In this document: piece after piece, positions 38,370-50,263 of the stretch
Position numbering within the stretch: the stretch's first letter is position 1
Layout: every line of letters starts with the position of its first letter
Assembly: GCA_037447605.1 (NCBI GenBank)
Contig: CM074805.1
Coordinates: forward strand, 4,559,361 to 4,623,360
DNA length: 64,000 bases
Reading direction: 5' to 3'
Source: Zygnema circumcarinatum SAG 698-1b
Lineage: Eukaryota; Plantae; Zygnematophyceae
The notes under the pieces: generated by a model
Told to the model about the DNA's origin: nothing
Seen by the model: only the letters and a program-made list of their open reading frames with translations
The model's database searches: none
Position numbers and translations under genes: made by a program

Positions 38370-39384
38370 TGTTAGTGTTAGTGTATGAGAGTTAGACATT
38401 GTATGGCACACACTAACTTGTTGTGGTACTCAGTTTGTAGAACATGAGATCTGCTAGGCGTAGTGCTCTTAGATTTAGGAATGTTGGTGCTCTGACTCAG
38501 GTGAGTGCGCCGCGAGTGCGCGGAGTACGAACGAGCGGCGCTGATTGGACGCGGCGCTGACACATGTGCGCGGAGGACGGACGCGCAACTTTGATTGGTC
38601 GAGGCGCGGCCGCGGATTCGCGAAGTACGGACGCGCGCAACTTTGATTGGTCGCGGCGCGGGCGCGAAACGCGGAGCGCAAAGTGCAGCGCGGAAACGGC
38701 GTGAGAGGTATTGGCGGCAAACCGGAATCTCGCGGGTGAACGCGCAATGTGGGTCCGCGAGTTCGAGTGTACGGCCGAGGTGTCGGCGGGCGAAGACTGG
38801 GAAGGAGCGCTGGCGAAACGGCGAAACTGTACGGACAGGTGTACGAGCCGACAAGAACTAGGTCGGCGCTGCCGTAGGTTTACGAGGCAGCTAGCCGGTC
38901 GCTATTCCTGAGTGCGCCCACTCAGACTCAGTGCATGGGTTTGCAATGGCGGACGCGACGTGACATGTGTGTCACGTCACGGACGCCATATTATATAGTG
39001 CATAGTTTTATTATGGGAAGTAACCCACCCACACTACTTTGTCATAGTCTCGGGTCTTATTCTGTGCCTGCTCGTGCTGCTAGGCTGCCTACACTTGTGT
39101 CGTGAGGTAGTGAGTAAGAGGGACCTTGAAGTAGTGGGAGAACTTCATTGTGGGAACACAGTTTTATTATAAGGAGTTTTAGAGCCGTGAGCTTTCTCCT
39201 AACACACTCTCATTGTGATTTCCGCTGTGCTTGTCTTGTAGCTTCATTCTGTTGTTATGGGCGATGAGTGAAGTAAGATAGAGCTTTGAGTGTTTGAATG
39301 TCTTCATCCGTGGGAACTCAAGTTCCAATGGAGGGCGACACCCGAGGTGGCGCCGGAAGTGGGGAGCAGACCCCTGCTTCAACA
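38370..39384 (+). mobile_element. Solo LTR (TGTT...AACA family) inserted between the integrase and chromodomain of A
   Basis: TGTTAG...TTCAACA, TSD GGAAC. Removing it restores PPPPVELEGELEYEVE. Confidence 0.9.
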
Positions 39385-40375
39385 GGAACTTGAGGGTGAA
39401 CTTGAGTATGAAGTTGAAACCATTCAAGCCCACTGTATTGTGAGAACGGGTCGTTCTTCCCGTCACGAATACCTCGTGAAATGGTTGGGCTATGGGGTTG
39501 AACATAGCACATGGGAAGCCGAGGGCAACCTAACCAATTGCCAGGAGCTCATCAACTTGTACTGGGAGGCGCAGGCCGCAGGAGAGCGGGCGAGGGCGGC
39601 TCGGGGGGTTCTTGAGCCGTCCCCGCGCAACTCAGAAAGGGACTTGATCGGGATTATCGCTGAGCCCTCCCGGTTATCACGTAGAGTTCGACGCGTGCCG
39701 TTGAAACTACGAGCTGCCTTTACTACCCCACACACGTGAACGAGGGCGTTCACATTCTCACAGGGGGTAGTAATGTAGCGAAACGCTACAGTCACCCCGG
39801 GGAAGGATTACTTAAAGCCCGGCGTGGCCTTATGTTCCCATCCAATGCACTACCTAATGGTTAGGGCGTCGAATACCCTATAGGACAACGGAGGTCCTAG
39901 GTTCGAACCGTAAGAACTGGTTCACACGTGGGGGCACCACATAGTCACGGTGCGCCCCACATCACCCGCCAAGGTCCCCTCCTCGTCTTAAGGGAGGGTT
40001 GGGGATTAACGGCACCACGGGACCAATCCGGCCCCGCGATTGGATCTCGGGCCGCGGCCCGGATCCCCCTTTTGGAATCGGCCAGTCGTCCGTACAGTTA
40101 CGGGTTACCGTTGGTACGGACGGGCTGACAGTCGGACCCCGCGCCGCGCGCGTAGGATCCGNNNNNNNNNNGAGCGTTCGTACGTTGTACACCTCTGACC
40201 CATTCGGGTCAGAGAGGGACACGTGGCAGTCTGCCATTGGACAGCCCTGCTTCCAATCCTCCATGCTGGTAGGAGGTTCAACGGGGGAAGCGTAAAGGGG
40301 CGGGGGTGACTGTCGTCAACCAACCAACGTACCGGCATTCGGTTGCACCCCTGCCCAGGGCTGCGCCAACCTCTG

Positions 40376-40436
<61 letters not shown>

Positions 40437-41189
40437 TTTCTTGATTCAGACGCTGAGTGCAGGCTAAGAGTGATTCCGCGCACGACCGAGGAGGGATTAG
40501 CCCCGCGGTCCGTTACATTTTTCCTCTTGGCGATGCATCTGGTGGAGTGGCGACCTTGGAGTCTGCGACCGGGACCCGCCAAGGCGACCCTTTAGGAGGT
40601 CCTTTGTTCGCTTTGGCGCACATTCGTGCGCTTTGAGCTTCGGCACAGGCTTTTCCAGGCTGCCTTTTTCCATCAGTGGCCGACGATACTGATATCATTG
40701 GCCCTGCTGACCAGGTCGTTGCCGCGTTTACTGATTTTACTACTCGATTGGCCGCTATACGTTTGACGGTAAATTTGTGGAAGTGTTTTGCTTGGTCTCC
40801 GGTTGGTATCCCTTCTACCCTTTCGCTCCCTTGTGGTATCCAGACTTGTGCTGATGGAATTGGTATTCGTGTTTTAGGCTGCCCTTTTGGCGTTGCATCT
40901 TATGTTGATCGTTTTGTTGATGATGCTTTGGTTGAGGATACGTCTCAGGTCGATGAGCTTCCACATCTTTCAGATCCTCAGGTGGCTTTTTCTTTGCTTA
41001 CNNNNNNNNNNCAACTTTTCCTTAGGCTCGCCGCATCTCGCGGGCCACGCCGCGATGCGCGGCGCCGTACGTCGGTGCACGGTCGGATCCTGCGCGCGAG
41101 GCGCGGGGTCCGATTGTCTACAAGATCTCTCCTCCCGGAAGTTCCAAGGGGGGGGGGGGGGCTGATTAGCCAAAAAAAAAAAGTACAAT

Positions 41190-41594
41190 TTTTCCCAAAA
41201 GGGGGCGCCGATATCCAAGAGGTGGGGCCGCTGTATCATTTTCCCGAAAATATGAGGACTGTTGACTGTACTATAGCTCATACGGCTAGTACAGATAGTA
41301 CCGTATCGTGGCGTTTCGTATCGTTTCGCATCGTACCGTATCGTATCGTATCGTATGGAAGCCAAGAAGAAGGGGAGAAGAGCGAGCGCCTCTTACGGCG
41401 GCACGTGCGGGGAGATTAGGTGACTTTTGCGTAAGCCCGTAACGGCTAGTACAGCTAGTACGGCTAGTACGTTTAGTACGAATAGTACGGCTAACACAAA
41501 GTTACCGTACAAAAAGGTGGTTTCGGCAAAATCGGGGCGAATTTCTTGGGGACGCACTCCTCACTCAGGGCGGTAAATATGAGGACTGTTGACT
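41190..41594 (-). mobile_element. pogo-family MITE remnants
   Basis: Two AAATATGAGGACTGTTGACTG termini (about 41268 and 41594) and the family's subterminal repeats. Confidence 0.6.
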
Positions 41595-41685
41595 GGACTT
41601 TATTGTCCATACTAGCCGTACTAGCCGTACTAGCCGTACTAGCCGTACTAGCTGTGTACTAGTCGTTACGTGCTACAGTGGGGGG

Positions 41686-44600
41686 TGTAGCACAAGATAA
41701 GTGGGGTTAAACAAAGACTGCTGAGCTAGCTGCAGGTGCTGTACGGCCACTCGCGCGTCCGTGCTGAAACTGACGTAGGGTTGGGGTGGTGCTGTGGGTC
41801 TGCCTGCAGCATAGAGCCAGGATCCGGGGGATTCAGAGGTACGCGCAGCGGAAGACGTAGGGNNNNNNNNNNACACAACTTAGATAAAGGTGGTATTTTG
41901 GAAACTCACCCCAGCCAGCAGTTGGCTGGGGAATGTCATTACAATGAAATTGTCTTCTCACTGAAATCTTTGTCTAACTGGGCTGAATGGGACGTCTAAA
42001 TGCTATCAGCAAGAAGACTCTTTCTCTCTCTCTCTCTCTCTCTATCTATGGCATGGAACTCTCTCTCTCTCTCTCTCTCTTACATAGCATCTGTTGTTGT
42101 AACTGAAGAGGAAGGAAAAGAAGAAAAAAAAACAAGACAACAAACCACACAGCAAATACAAGTACTAAGCCCAGCACTAAAAGACAAAAAGCATCCACGA
42201 CATCCCATCTACTTAACAACTGATAGATCTTGGAGTCTTAGCGTTGTGATCTCGATTGTGGCCTTTGAGAAGAGCCTGGCCCGACTCGTGGAGCCTTGGG
42301 ATAGGTCAACTATTATTGACAATCGGCATCTTCAGAAACTTCGAGTGCGCCTTGGATGGTGTCTTGCGTTCGATGGGCCACTCCAACGCATGGCGCGCCT
42401 TCTCTTAATCTCGTTGGCATCTCACGGATTCGGCGATCGCGACGGAAGAGGCCTATGTCAAGTACAACTGAGCGGACCCAGCGGATCCAGTGAGCGCAGC
42501 TCACGTGCAGCTACATGCGTAGCAGCACATGTAGGGGAAACAAGCGCCGCGCCCTGCTTGTGCCAATGAAAAGAGAAGAAGAGCGAAAGGAGGCGTGGAG
42601 GAGCGATGATGGCGTGGGCGGGGAGGCGAGTGGGTGGCCGCGTGGAGAAGCGGCGCGTACATTCGGCAATGGGGAGTATCGGGAGGACCGTATTGGAAGA
42701 GACGGCCGGCCGGCGAAATGTGGGCGAAGGGGCAAAAAGTGGCGGGAAGGGCAGAATTGGCGGCGGGAATTAGAAATGGACCAATGAGGAGTGCGTCGAG
42801 GCGGGGTGCGGAGGAGGCGGCGAGGCGGTCGCAAACGCTTCGACCATCGCGGGGGAGGAAGCTGGCGGCGTGGCGGGGCGAATGTAGATCGGTATGACGC
42901 CGGCCGGCGTTCCACAAGTCCCGGGCCTTAGAAATGATGGCACAGCACAGGATATCTCCGTGGACCGACACAAATGAAGGGCCCAACCACGGGAAAAGCC
43001 CGTTAGTGGTTTGGCAAGATTCACTGAGCGAGATAATTTGATGTGGCTACGATTGGGCGGGAGAAACGGTGGCGTCGGCCTCGAAAGTCGGTGAGTTGTC
43101 GCTGATAGCGGCGTTAGTGGTGGGAGGCCATGGAATCTAGGGTTTGGAAGCGGAGGGCGGGGCTGAAGGCCCGGGGCGTGCGATCGGGGGAGGCGGCGTC
43201 ATGCATTAGAAGGGCTGTGAGGAGGTGAGGAATCGCGACTACGTGCATAGAGGCTTCGTAGGGAGAGGCACGTGGAGGTAAAGGCGGAGGGTGTTATGCG
43301 TGAGCCGGGGAGGATGACCTCGCGCCCGATCCGCCTCCGGCTCGCGGCAGCGGCGAACCTGCGCATCCTTGACGTCTGTATGATGCGTTAAGCCCATTAC
43401 GCCCGAGTAGAAATTTAGAGGTAATGATGAATGATGCGGAAGTCACGCATAGGCTTAGCAAATACTTGCTGTATTAGGTGCCATTGTCAGTGGAGCCAGT
43501 AGGGTAGAAATTGGCGGTGAATGATAGCCCGTCGGAGGCTTGGCGAGTGGGCCGGAGTCTTGGAGTGCATGGCGTGAACCTCTACCCACTTGGTGTATCG
43601 TCACGGCTGGAAGACCGAATGTAGCGAGAGAAGTCTTGCATTTGCGGGGATAGAAAAAGATGTCAATGTTCCAATGTACGAGCGCTACCATTATGGGGAT
43701 CTCACACCCATCTCCGAGGGGGTTGGCGGTCGAGAGGGAGGCTTGAGGCGCTTGCAGCGTTAAGCCTTGAGTGCGGTTTCGATGTAGCGGCTCACAGCGC
43801 CCGTGAAGCAGGAGCCAATAATAGCGCTCTGCGTAGGCGACCATCTTCTTACGGCCGAGGTGGAATCCCGGCCCAGGGCTGGGAATGTGGCGACATCCAG
43901 AATCTCCATGCGTTCATTGGGGAAAGGAACAGGAAGGCCAGAGGGGAGGTACAGTATCTGTCCGTCATCATCAACAGAGAAGTTCCGAGAGCGGCGGAGC
44001 AGCCTAGCCCTCTCGGTGTCCGTGATAAAGGGGGGTAACGTGCGGGTCATGACGTAGCGCAGAAGGGAGGAGTCTGAATGGACGTCATTGGCGCTGGGGA
44101 AATGGGGAGGAAGTAAGGGAGCGTCGCCATCGTCATCCATGAGGAGTTCCCACGGATCCGCATGGGGGTGGCCGTGGGTGAAGTCAGGGTCCTCCCAGCG
44201 ATGGAGGGTGGTGGCGTTGGCCGGAATATCGATCAGCCCATCTGCGAATAGGACATCATGCAGGGCTTGAGCAGCAATAAAAATCTCAATGGGAAGATGC
44301 TCAGGGTTCAGGAGGGTGGGTGGAGGGATGGGTTCAGGAACGGCCGGATCGTGGCAGAGGAGGGGAGCCGAGGGATTGCGACTGAGGCCATCAGCATTGC
44401 CGTGACTACGGCCGGGACGGTGAGTGACCTTAAGTACATTATACTCCTCCAACTTCATCACCCATCGTGCAAACTTAGGGCGTAGGGTAGCCATGATGTG
44501 CAGCCAGGTGAGGGGCATGTGGTCAGTCCGGATGATAACGGGCTGGTAGGCCGTGAAGAGCTTGAACTTCTCGAGTGCCCAGAGGATAGCCGCGGCCTCT

Positions 44601-47600
44601 CCCTCAGTAGGGCTGTACTTGGTCTCGGTTTCNNNNNNNNNNCCAAATCCCGTCTGACTCCAGTCAGCGTCAATGACGGTTGGCAGGGTGGGGTCAAATT
44701 GATGCAGACAAGGAGCCTGAAGGAGGGCACTCTTGAGCGCGTGGAAGGCCAAATCCTGCGCTCGGCTCCATTCGTATTGGACTCCGTGCTTCTCCAAGGC
44801 ATGTAGGGGACGTGCGATAAGGGCATAGCCCTTGATGAACCGGCGATAGAAGGAGGTGAGCCCCAAGAAGGACTTGAGCTGAGTGAGGGTCTGTGGAATC
44901 GGCATAAGGGCAATCGCTTCAATCTTGTCGAGTGATGGTTTCAGGCCATTGATGCCGAGGCGGTGCCCGAGATGAGTGATCTCCTGATGGCCCCATTTGC
45001 ACTTCTTGGGTGCAATCTTCAAACGCGCACTAATGAGCTGTTGCAGGACTTGGTCAATGTGTTGCGGGTAAGGAAGGGGCCGTCCTTCTTTGTGGAGAGG
45101 CATCATCCACGTAAAGGCCATGAAGCGGCAGGGGGAGCCGGAAATACTTGGTTGGCGAGGCGCTGGTGAGTGGCTGGAATTCATGACCCAAAGGGAAGCA
45201 GCATCCCCTTTGCCGCGAAGCGTGTGGCAATGCGCGGCCACTATCTTACTGATGTCGGCACGCAGCGAGGATCTGCGAGAAGGACTACGCATGTCAAGTG
45301 CGAGAACCATGGGTCATCGGGGAGACGCGTGGAGAATGAGTCCACATCGGTAGCGATGTAGGGATCCCACTTCGTTATTGCATTAGAGTTTCGGTAGTCC
45401 CCGCGAAGCGGAATTATTGCCATCCCGGCTTTGGGGCGAGCGGCCTGAGCTGGCCCGCGGCCCTTCTCCGGAGTTCATCAATCCAGCGTACGTTCTCGTC
45501 GTCACGTCGTTCGACGCTCGGCACTTTCTGTGGCGGAAAAGCGGTAGAGAGTCGAGGTCATCACGGAGAGCGCATCCCCGTATCAATGTGGTGCTCAATC
45601 AGGTGAGTCTTGCCGATGTCGAGTGAATGTCGTGCGAAAACTAGGTGATTTCGGCGCAGCACTTGGCGTAGTTGAGAATGCTTGATCGGGTCTGAGAGGA
45701 CTGCAGGCCCCAATCGCATCTGCCCCTCTATTTCCAGCCACTCCTCATCACTGATGGTCTCATGGGGGGGAAAGGTGGGTGTAGGTATCACTGGCGGCAA
45801 CAGTTCTTCCGTCGGCGTACCGAGAGCTGGACTCGGAGGAGCAGGAGGGGGAGTCTCGTCATCGGTATCAGAATTGGCCGATCCATAAGAAGAATGGGAG
45901 CTGCCGACCGAATGGTACATGGTGATCTCCGGGTAGGAGACCTGCGCCGTGGCGTGGCGCTTGGGGAAGGCGGAGGTGGTGAGGGACTCGAGGATGATGG
46001 GGAAGGAGCAGTCTGTCCCGCCAGCAGATAAGTGCAGTTGACATGTAGCAAAGTCGATTTGTGCTCCCATCGCGATGAGCCAATCTGAGCCCAGCAGGAT
46101 AGAATAGTGTTCAGCGGCCGTGATGACCGCATTCACCGTGGCTCCCATCTCGCCAAGACTGATGACCACTTGGGCGCTGCCCAATCCTTCATGTAAGCTC
46201 CCTTCAACCCCCACATATCGGGGGATGGGCTCAAGTGTCTTGTCCAACTTAACCCCTGCCGCCTTCATCACAGGCTTGGACAGAACTGTGCGCATAGCCC
46301 CCGTGTCGATCATGGCTTTGCTGGGATGACCGTTGAGCCATACATTGACAATGATCCGCACGTTGGGCGTTGGGATGAGAGGGAGGATCTGAATCTGTCG
46401 AGGAGGATGGCGAGGGGAGCGGACTGGGTCCGGCGGAGGCGCCGTAGCCATGTGGTGGATATCGGCCGGCGAGGGGACGTCTGGAGGAGGGGCCATAGGA
46501 ACCGTGGGAAGCGTAGGGTGGCCTGGCTGTCGGCCAGCTTTGAACTTCTGGCCGGCAGCACCTGGTACAAAATTTTGCATCCAAGCTGACAGGTAATGCC
46601 GATCTTAACTGTCTCCCATGAGTTGATACATGCGTTCAATGAGGATAGGCCGTGCGTACCGGTGTGCGACGATCACGGCTGCTTGGGGTAAAGCGGGCTG
46701 CTTCGAGGGCGATGTGTGGAGGTTGACGTGCATCTCTTCGGTCGCCGGTGGCGTCGGCTCTGGCTGCGCCGCTGTCGGCTCCTCTTCATTGAGATCTTCA
46801 ATTTCCTCCTCAGGCAGGGATCCCAAGGGATGACCCGTGAAGGGAGAGGATGACTGAAGTTCTTCGGACAGGGGTGGTGACCGGTGGAGCCGTGCCCGAG
46901 GAACTGGCACCGTTGACATTGCTTGAGGGGAGGAATGGCGAGGGGATGAAATGAGGATCGCCCCGGTTGTGAGGAGCTTTGCAAAGAGGCGATTGCAATC
47001 GGCGATCGGGCCGAGCATCCGCCGGAAGTGATAAGGATTCGGACAAGGCGGTTGAAATGCAGCGGCAAGCATTGGGCATTGCGTGTCGAGCGGCGGAGGA
47101 TCACGTCTCGGCACTATCGTTTGAAGGGGAGTCCATGGGGTGCAGGTGGATAGGCGGTCGTTGCAGGATGGTGTAAGCGGGTGAAGGAGGTGGAGGCGGG
47201 CGAAAGGGAGCCGGTGTTCTCGGTGGTGTGGGAGCAGCCGGGAGCATATCCATGAAGGTGATCTCTGCAGGTGAGTTCCCTGCTGCTGCCTCTTTCCCCT
47301 TCCGGGCCTTCTCACTTGAGAGTCTCCGCATGCACACACGGGCATCATGTCCCGTGATCTGGCAGAAGGTGCAGGTCCATGGTCCGCAACGCAGCCGCGG
47401 ATTATGATTCAGGCCGTAGGCAGACATACGCCACTCGAACCCACTGCCTCCGTCATCAGGCGGCGCCGGATAAACCTGGCGACTTCTCTCTTCGGTGTCG
47501 CGTCCCGGAATAAGGGCGAATATCTGGACGAGAAACATCTGGTATGTGAGGATTCACAGCCAATGGGATCGCGGATCATGCGGAGTGCAGGGGAAAGGGA

Positions 47601-49108
47601 AGGGAGCTTGCTCGCTATGGCGGTACCATAGGGGGCTGCCGGACGTCTGGCAGTGGCGCCCGGAGAAGGAAAACACTTGTTCGAGTAGATGTAGCGTAGG
47701 GATCGAACAACTGTTGATTCTGTGTCTTCAGGAACTGCTGGTAGATTCGATCTTGTCTTGGATCGGTAGCGTTCATGTAATGTGGTCGTACATGTCGATT
47801 GCCTCTCTCTTGATCGTACGAATTCGCTCACGCCCCGCTTCCCAACAAGGCACGGGCATCTGGCTGGTGGGTTGTCGGCGCAGCTCCGCGATCGAGGTGG
47901 AATCGCTTCTACGTGATGGCCTTCTTGGAACCCTTGGAACGCCGGAAAAAGTCAGGCAAATGCCGGTCGTATTTGCCATGCTTTCGCTCGGTGAATTCAA
48001 GCGACGCTCATCGCTGTAGCATTCTATGTAGCGAAGTCGGTCTACCACCGTGATCGGATCTGAAATCCAACGTTGTCTGAAAGCTTGCTTGAATGTGTCC
48101 CTTGTCAGGGTGGCGACGACATCTACTTTGTGCCAGTTTCGGGACAGCTTCCAGTTGACTGCCTCGCCTTCCAGCGCTCCAAGGGCCAGCTTGATCCACT
48201 GGTCTTCCTTCAGGTCTGCTTGCGCTGCCTTCTCCTCAAGATGTCTCAGCCAGGCTTCTGCATCTTCCTGCTTGCCGGTGAAGCCTCTTGTGATGATGCC
48301 CGTGGTATCCCTCACCTCACTCTTTTCAGGAATCATTGCTATCAGTTTGGTCATCATCTCTTCCATCTTGCTGGGAAACTCAGATCTGACTCGTGTGCTT
48401 CTCTGCAGGTTGGTGCGAAAGCTGGAGGGTCCTTGCGATCGTCCTGCCCTTGCCCCTGAAGCCGCTCGCCTGGGGCTGCCGGATGGGTAAGTTGTGAACG
48501 CCGGAGGTGAGGGTGTCTTCTGAGGAATCCCTTGCTCTGCTGTAGGACTGCGTGCCGCTGCTGTGCTTGAAGGGACTCCTGGTGCTGTAGTTATCCGACT
48601 GAGATCTCGTGGGTTCTGTCTCTGGTGGGCCGCGGTGGGGACCTCAGGTTCGAACGGCACTCCTCTCCTCACGGCATCTGCGGCCGTGACAGCGACTGGG
48701 CAGGCTGCAAGCTTGATCATCCGGCGTGCATATTGCCAGCGAATTTTATGGCCATCACTGCCTAGATGAAGTCGCTGCAGCTCTTCAATCGACTCGATCT
48801 GCNNNNNNNNNNATCTTGAGTCTTAGCAGTGACAGTCTCTGATTGGCCAACTGCCCCTTGAGAGGCCTGACTGACTACGTGGAGCCTTCGGATAGGTCAA
48901 CTGATGACAATCGGCGGCATCTTGCGGCGCTTCCGAGTGCGCCTTGCTGGATGGTGTGCCGTTCCGTGGGCCGCCAACGCATGGCGCCGCCTTCTCTTAA
49001 TCTCCGTTGGCAGCTCCTGGATTCCGCTGATCCGCGACACGGAAGAGGCCTATGTCAAGTACAACTGAACGGACGCGGATCCGCCGAACGCAGCTCCGTT
49101 ACGCTACA
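41686..49108 (-). mobile_element. Ty3/gypsy element C (no chromodomain seen), degenerate or error-rich
   Basis: LTRs 41686-42515 and 48813-49108 (gapped); TSD GGGG; gag 48720-47800; CTFCQITGHDARVC; PR AMIDTGA; RT/RH (LKSFLGLTSFYRRFI, YSPTEGEAAAILWAL, IIRTDH); frameshifted integrase (YTKWVEVHA, TDNGT). No clear PPT recognised. Confidence 0.85.
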
Positions 49109-49560
49109 GGGGTCCTCGTATTTACCACCCCAAAGAATGCGTCCTCAATATTTTCGCCCCAATTTTGCCGAAACCACTTTTTTGTACGGTAACTTGTGTT
49201 AGCCGTACTATCCGTATTGTTCGTACTGTCCGGCGCTCGCTCTTCTCCCCGTCTTCTTGACTTCGATACGATACGATACGATATAATACGGTCGATACGA
49301 TACGAAACTCCCCGATACGGTACTATCCGTACTAGCCGTACGAGCTGTAGTAGCCGTTACGGGCTCGAATTTAAACTCTCCGAATTTTCCCGCCCTTGCC
49401 GCCGCGAGAGGCGCTCGCTTCTCTCCTCTTCTTCTTGGCTTTGGCTTTGTCTTACTGCTGCAAGCTCATCAACACACACAGTACACACACACACACACAG
49501 ATCACACAGTACATCCACCATCAAAAGAAGGCGGCACGATCTCTTTTATGCGCTTATACC

Positions 49561-50253
49561 ATGGAGGAGGAAAATCCAATAGTGAAGGAGGTAGCACCAC
49601 CACCACCACCAAGCACCACCGCGGAGGTGCTGAGGGAGATACGAACGCTCCTGCCACCTGGAAGCGACACTCGATGTCGAACAGCTCAGGTTGCGCTGGC
49701 TTACATTCGTAATCTTCTCTCTACTTCATCTCGTCATCGATTTCAAGTGTACGACCCTCCAGGTGATGGCCACTGTGTCCTTCGGTGCGTAGTAGCTTCC
49801 CAATTCGGGTTTGAGAGGAGCAAAGACACGGACACTATTTGGGAATTGAGGTCGAAAATCAGCGAAGTTCTTTGTGCCAATGTGGAGTCGTTCCTTGATG
49901 ATGGAAGCTTAGACATCATGTTGCTGGAGACAGATCCGTCTCTGGTTATTGATAACTTAGACGCGGATGAGAAGAAAATGTTATGGGGCTTATATTGTGA
50001 CGAGTTCAAGGAGCAGTACCCGGACCACCAACCTCTGTATGCAGGCCATGCATCACTTCTTGCCATTAAGGACTTCATTTTCCCAGAGAAGAGGATAGTG
50101 TTTGTGAGTACACAGATTAAAGGCGGTCAATCAGAAGATTCTTCATATCTTATTGGCTCTACAATGGTAGTGGCAGATGAATCAGAGTTGGCTGATGACT
50201 GTAATCTAGTACTTTTACTTTATATAGACTCCATTCAGCATGCGTGTCTTATC
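49561..50253 (+). CDS. OTU-like cysteine protease domain ORF inside the pogo element
   Basis: YDPPGDGHCVLRCVVASQFG..WELRSKISEVL..N..SF ... YAGHASLLAI..RIVFV ... LLLYIDSIQHAC resembles the OTU Cys box, Gly box and His box. Ends at an N gap. Confidence 0.6.
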
Positions 50254-50263
50254 NNNNNNNNNN

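Larger units (their letters stand above)
28634..39739 (+). pseudogene. pol: pol of element A (PR LLDTGA, RT N-terminal half, integrase, chromodomain); interrupted by B and a solo LTR; RT core and RNase H deleted near 37130
   Basis: Segments 28634-29576, 36478-37120, 37123-38369, 39390-39739; PFGLTNAP jumps directly to TLSRRQARW; chromodomain EYEVE..EYLVKWLGY..HSTWE. Confidence 0.85.
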
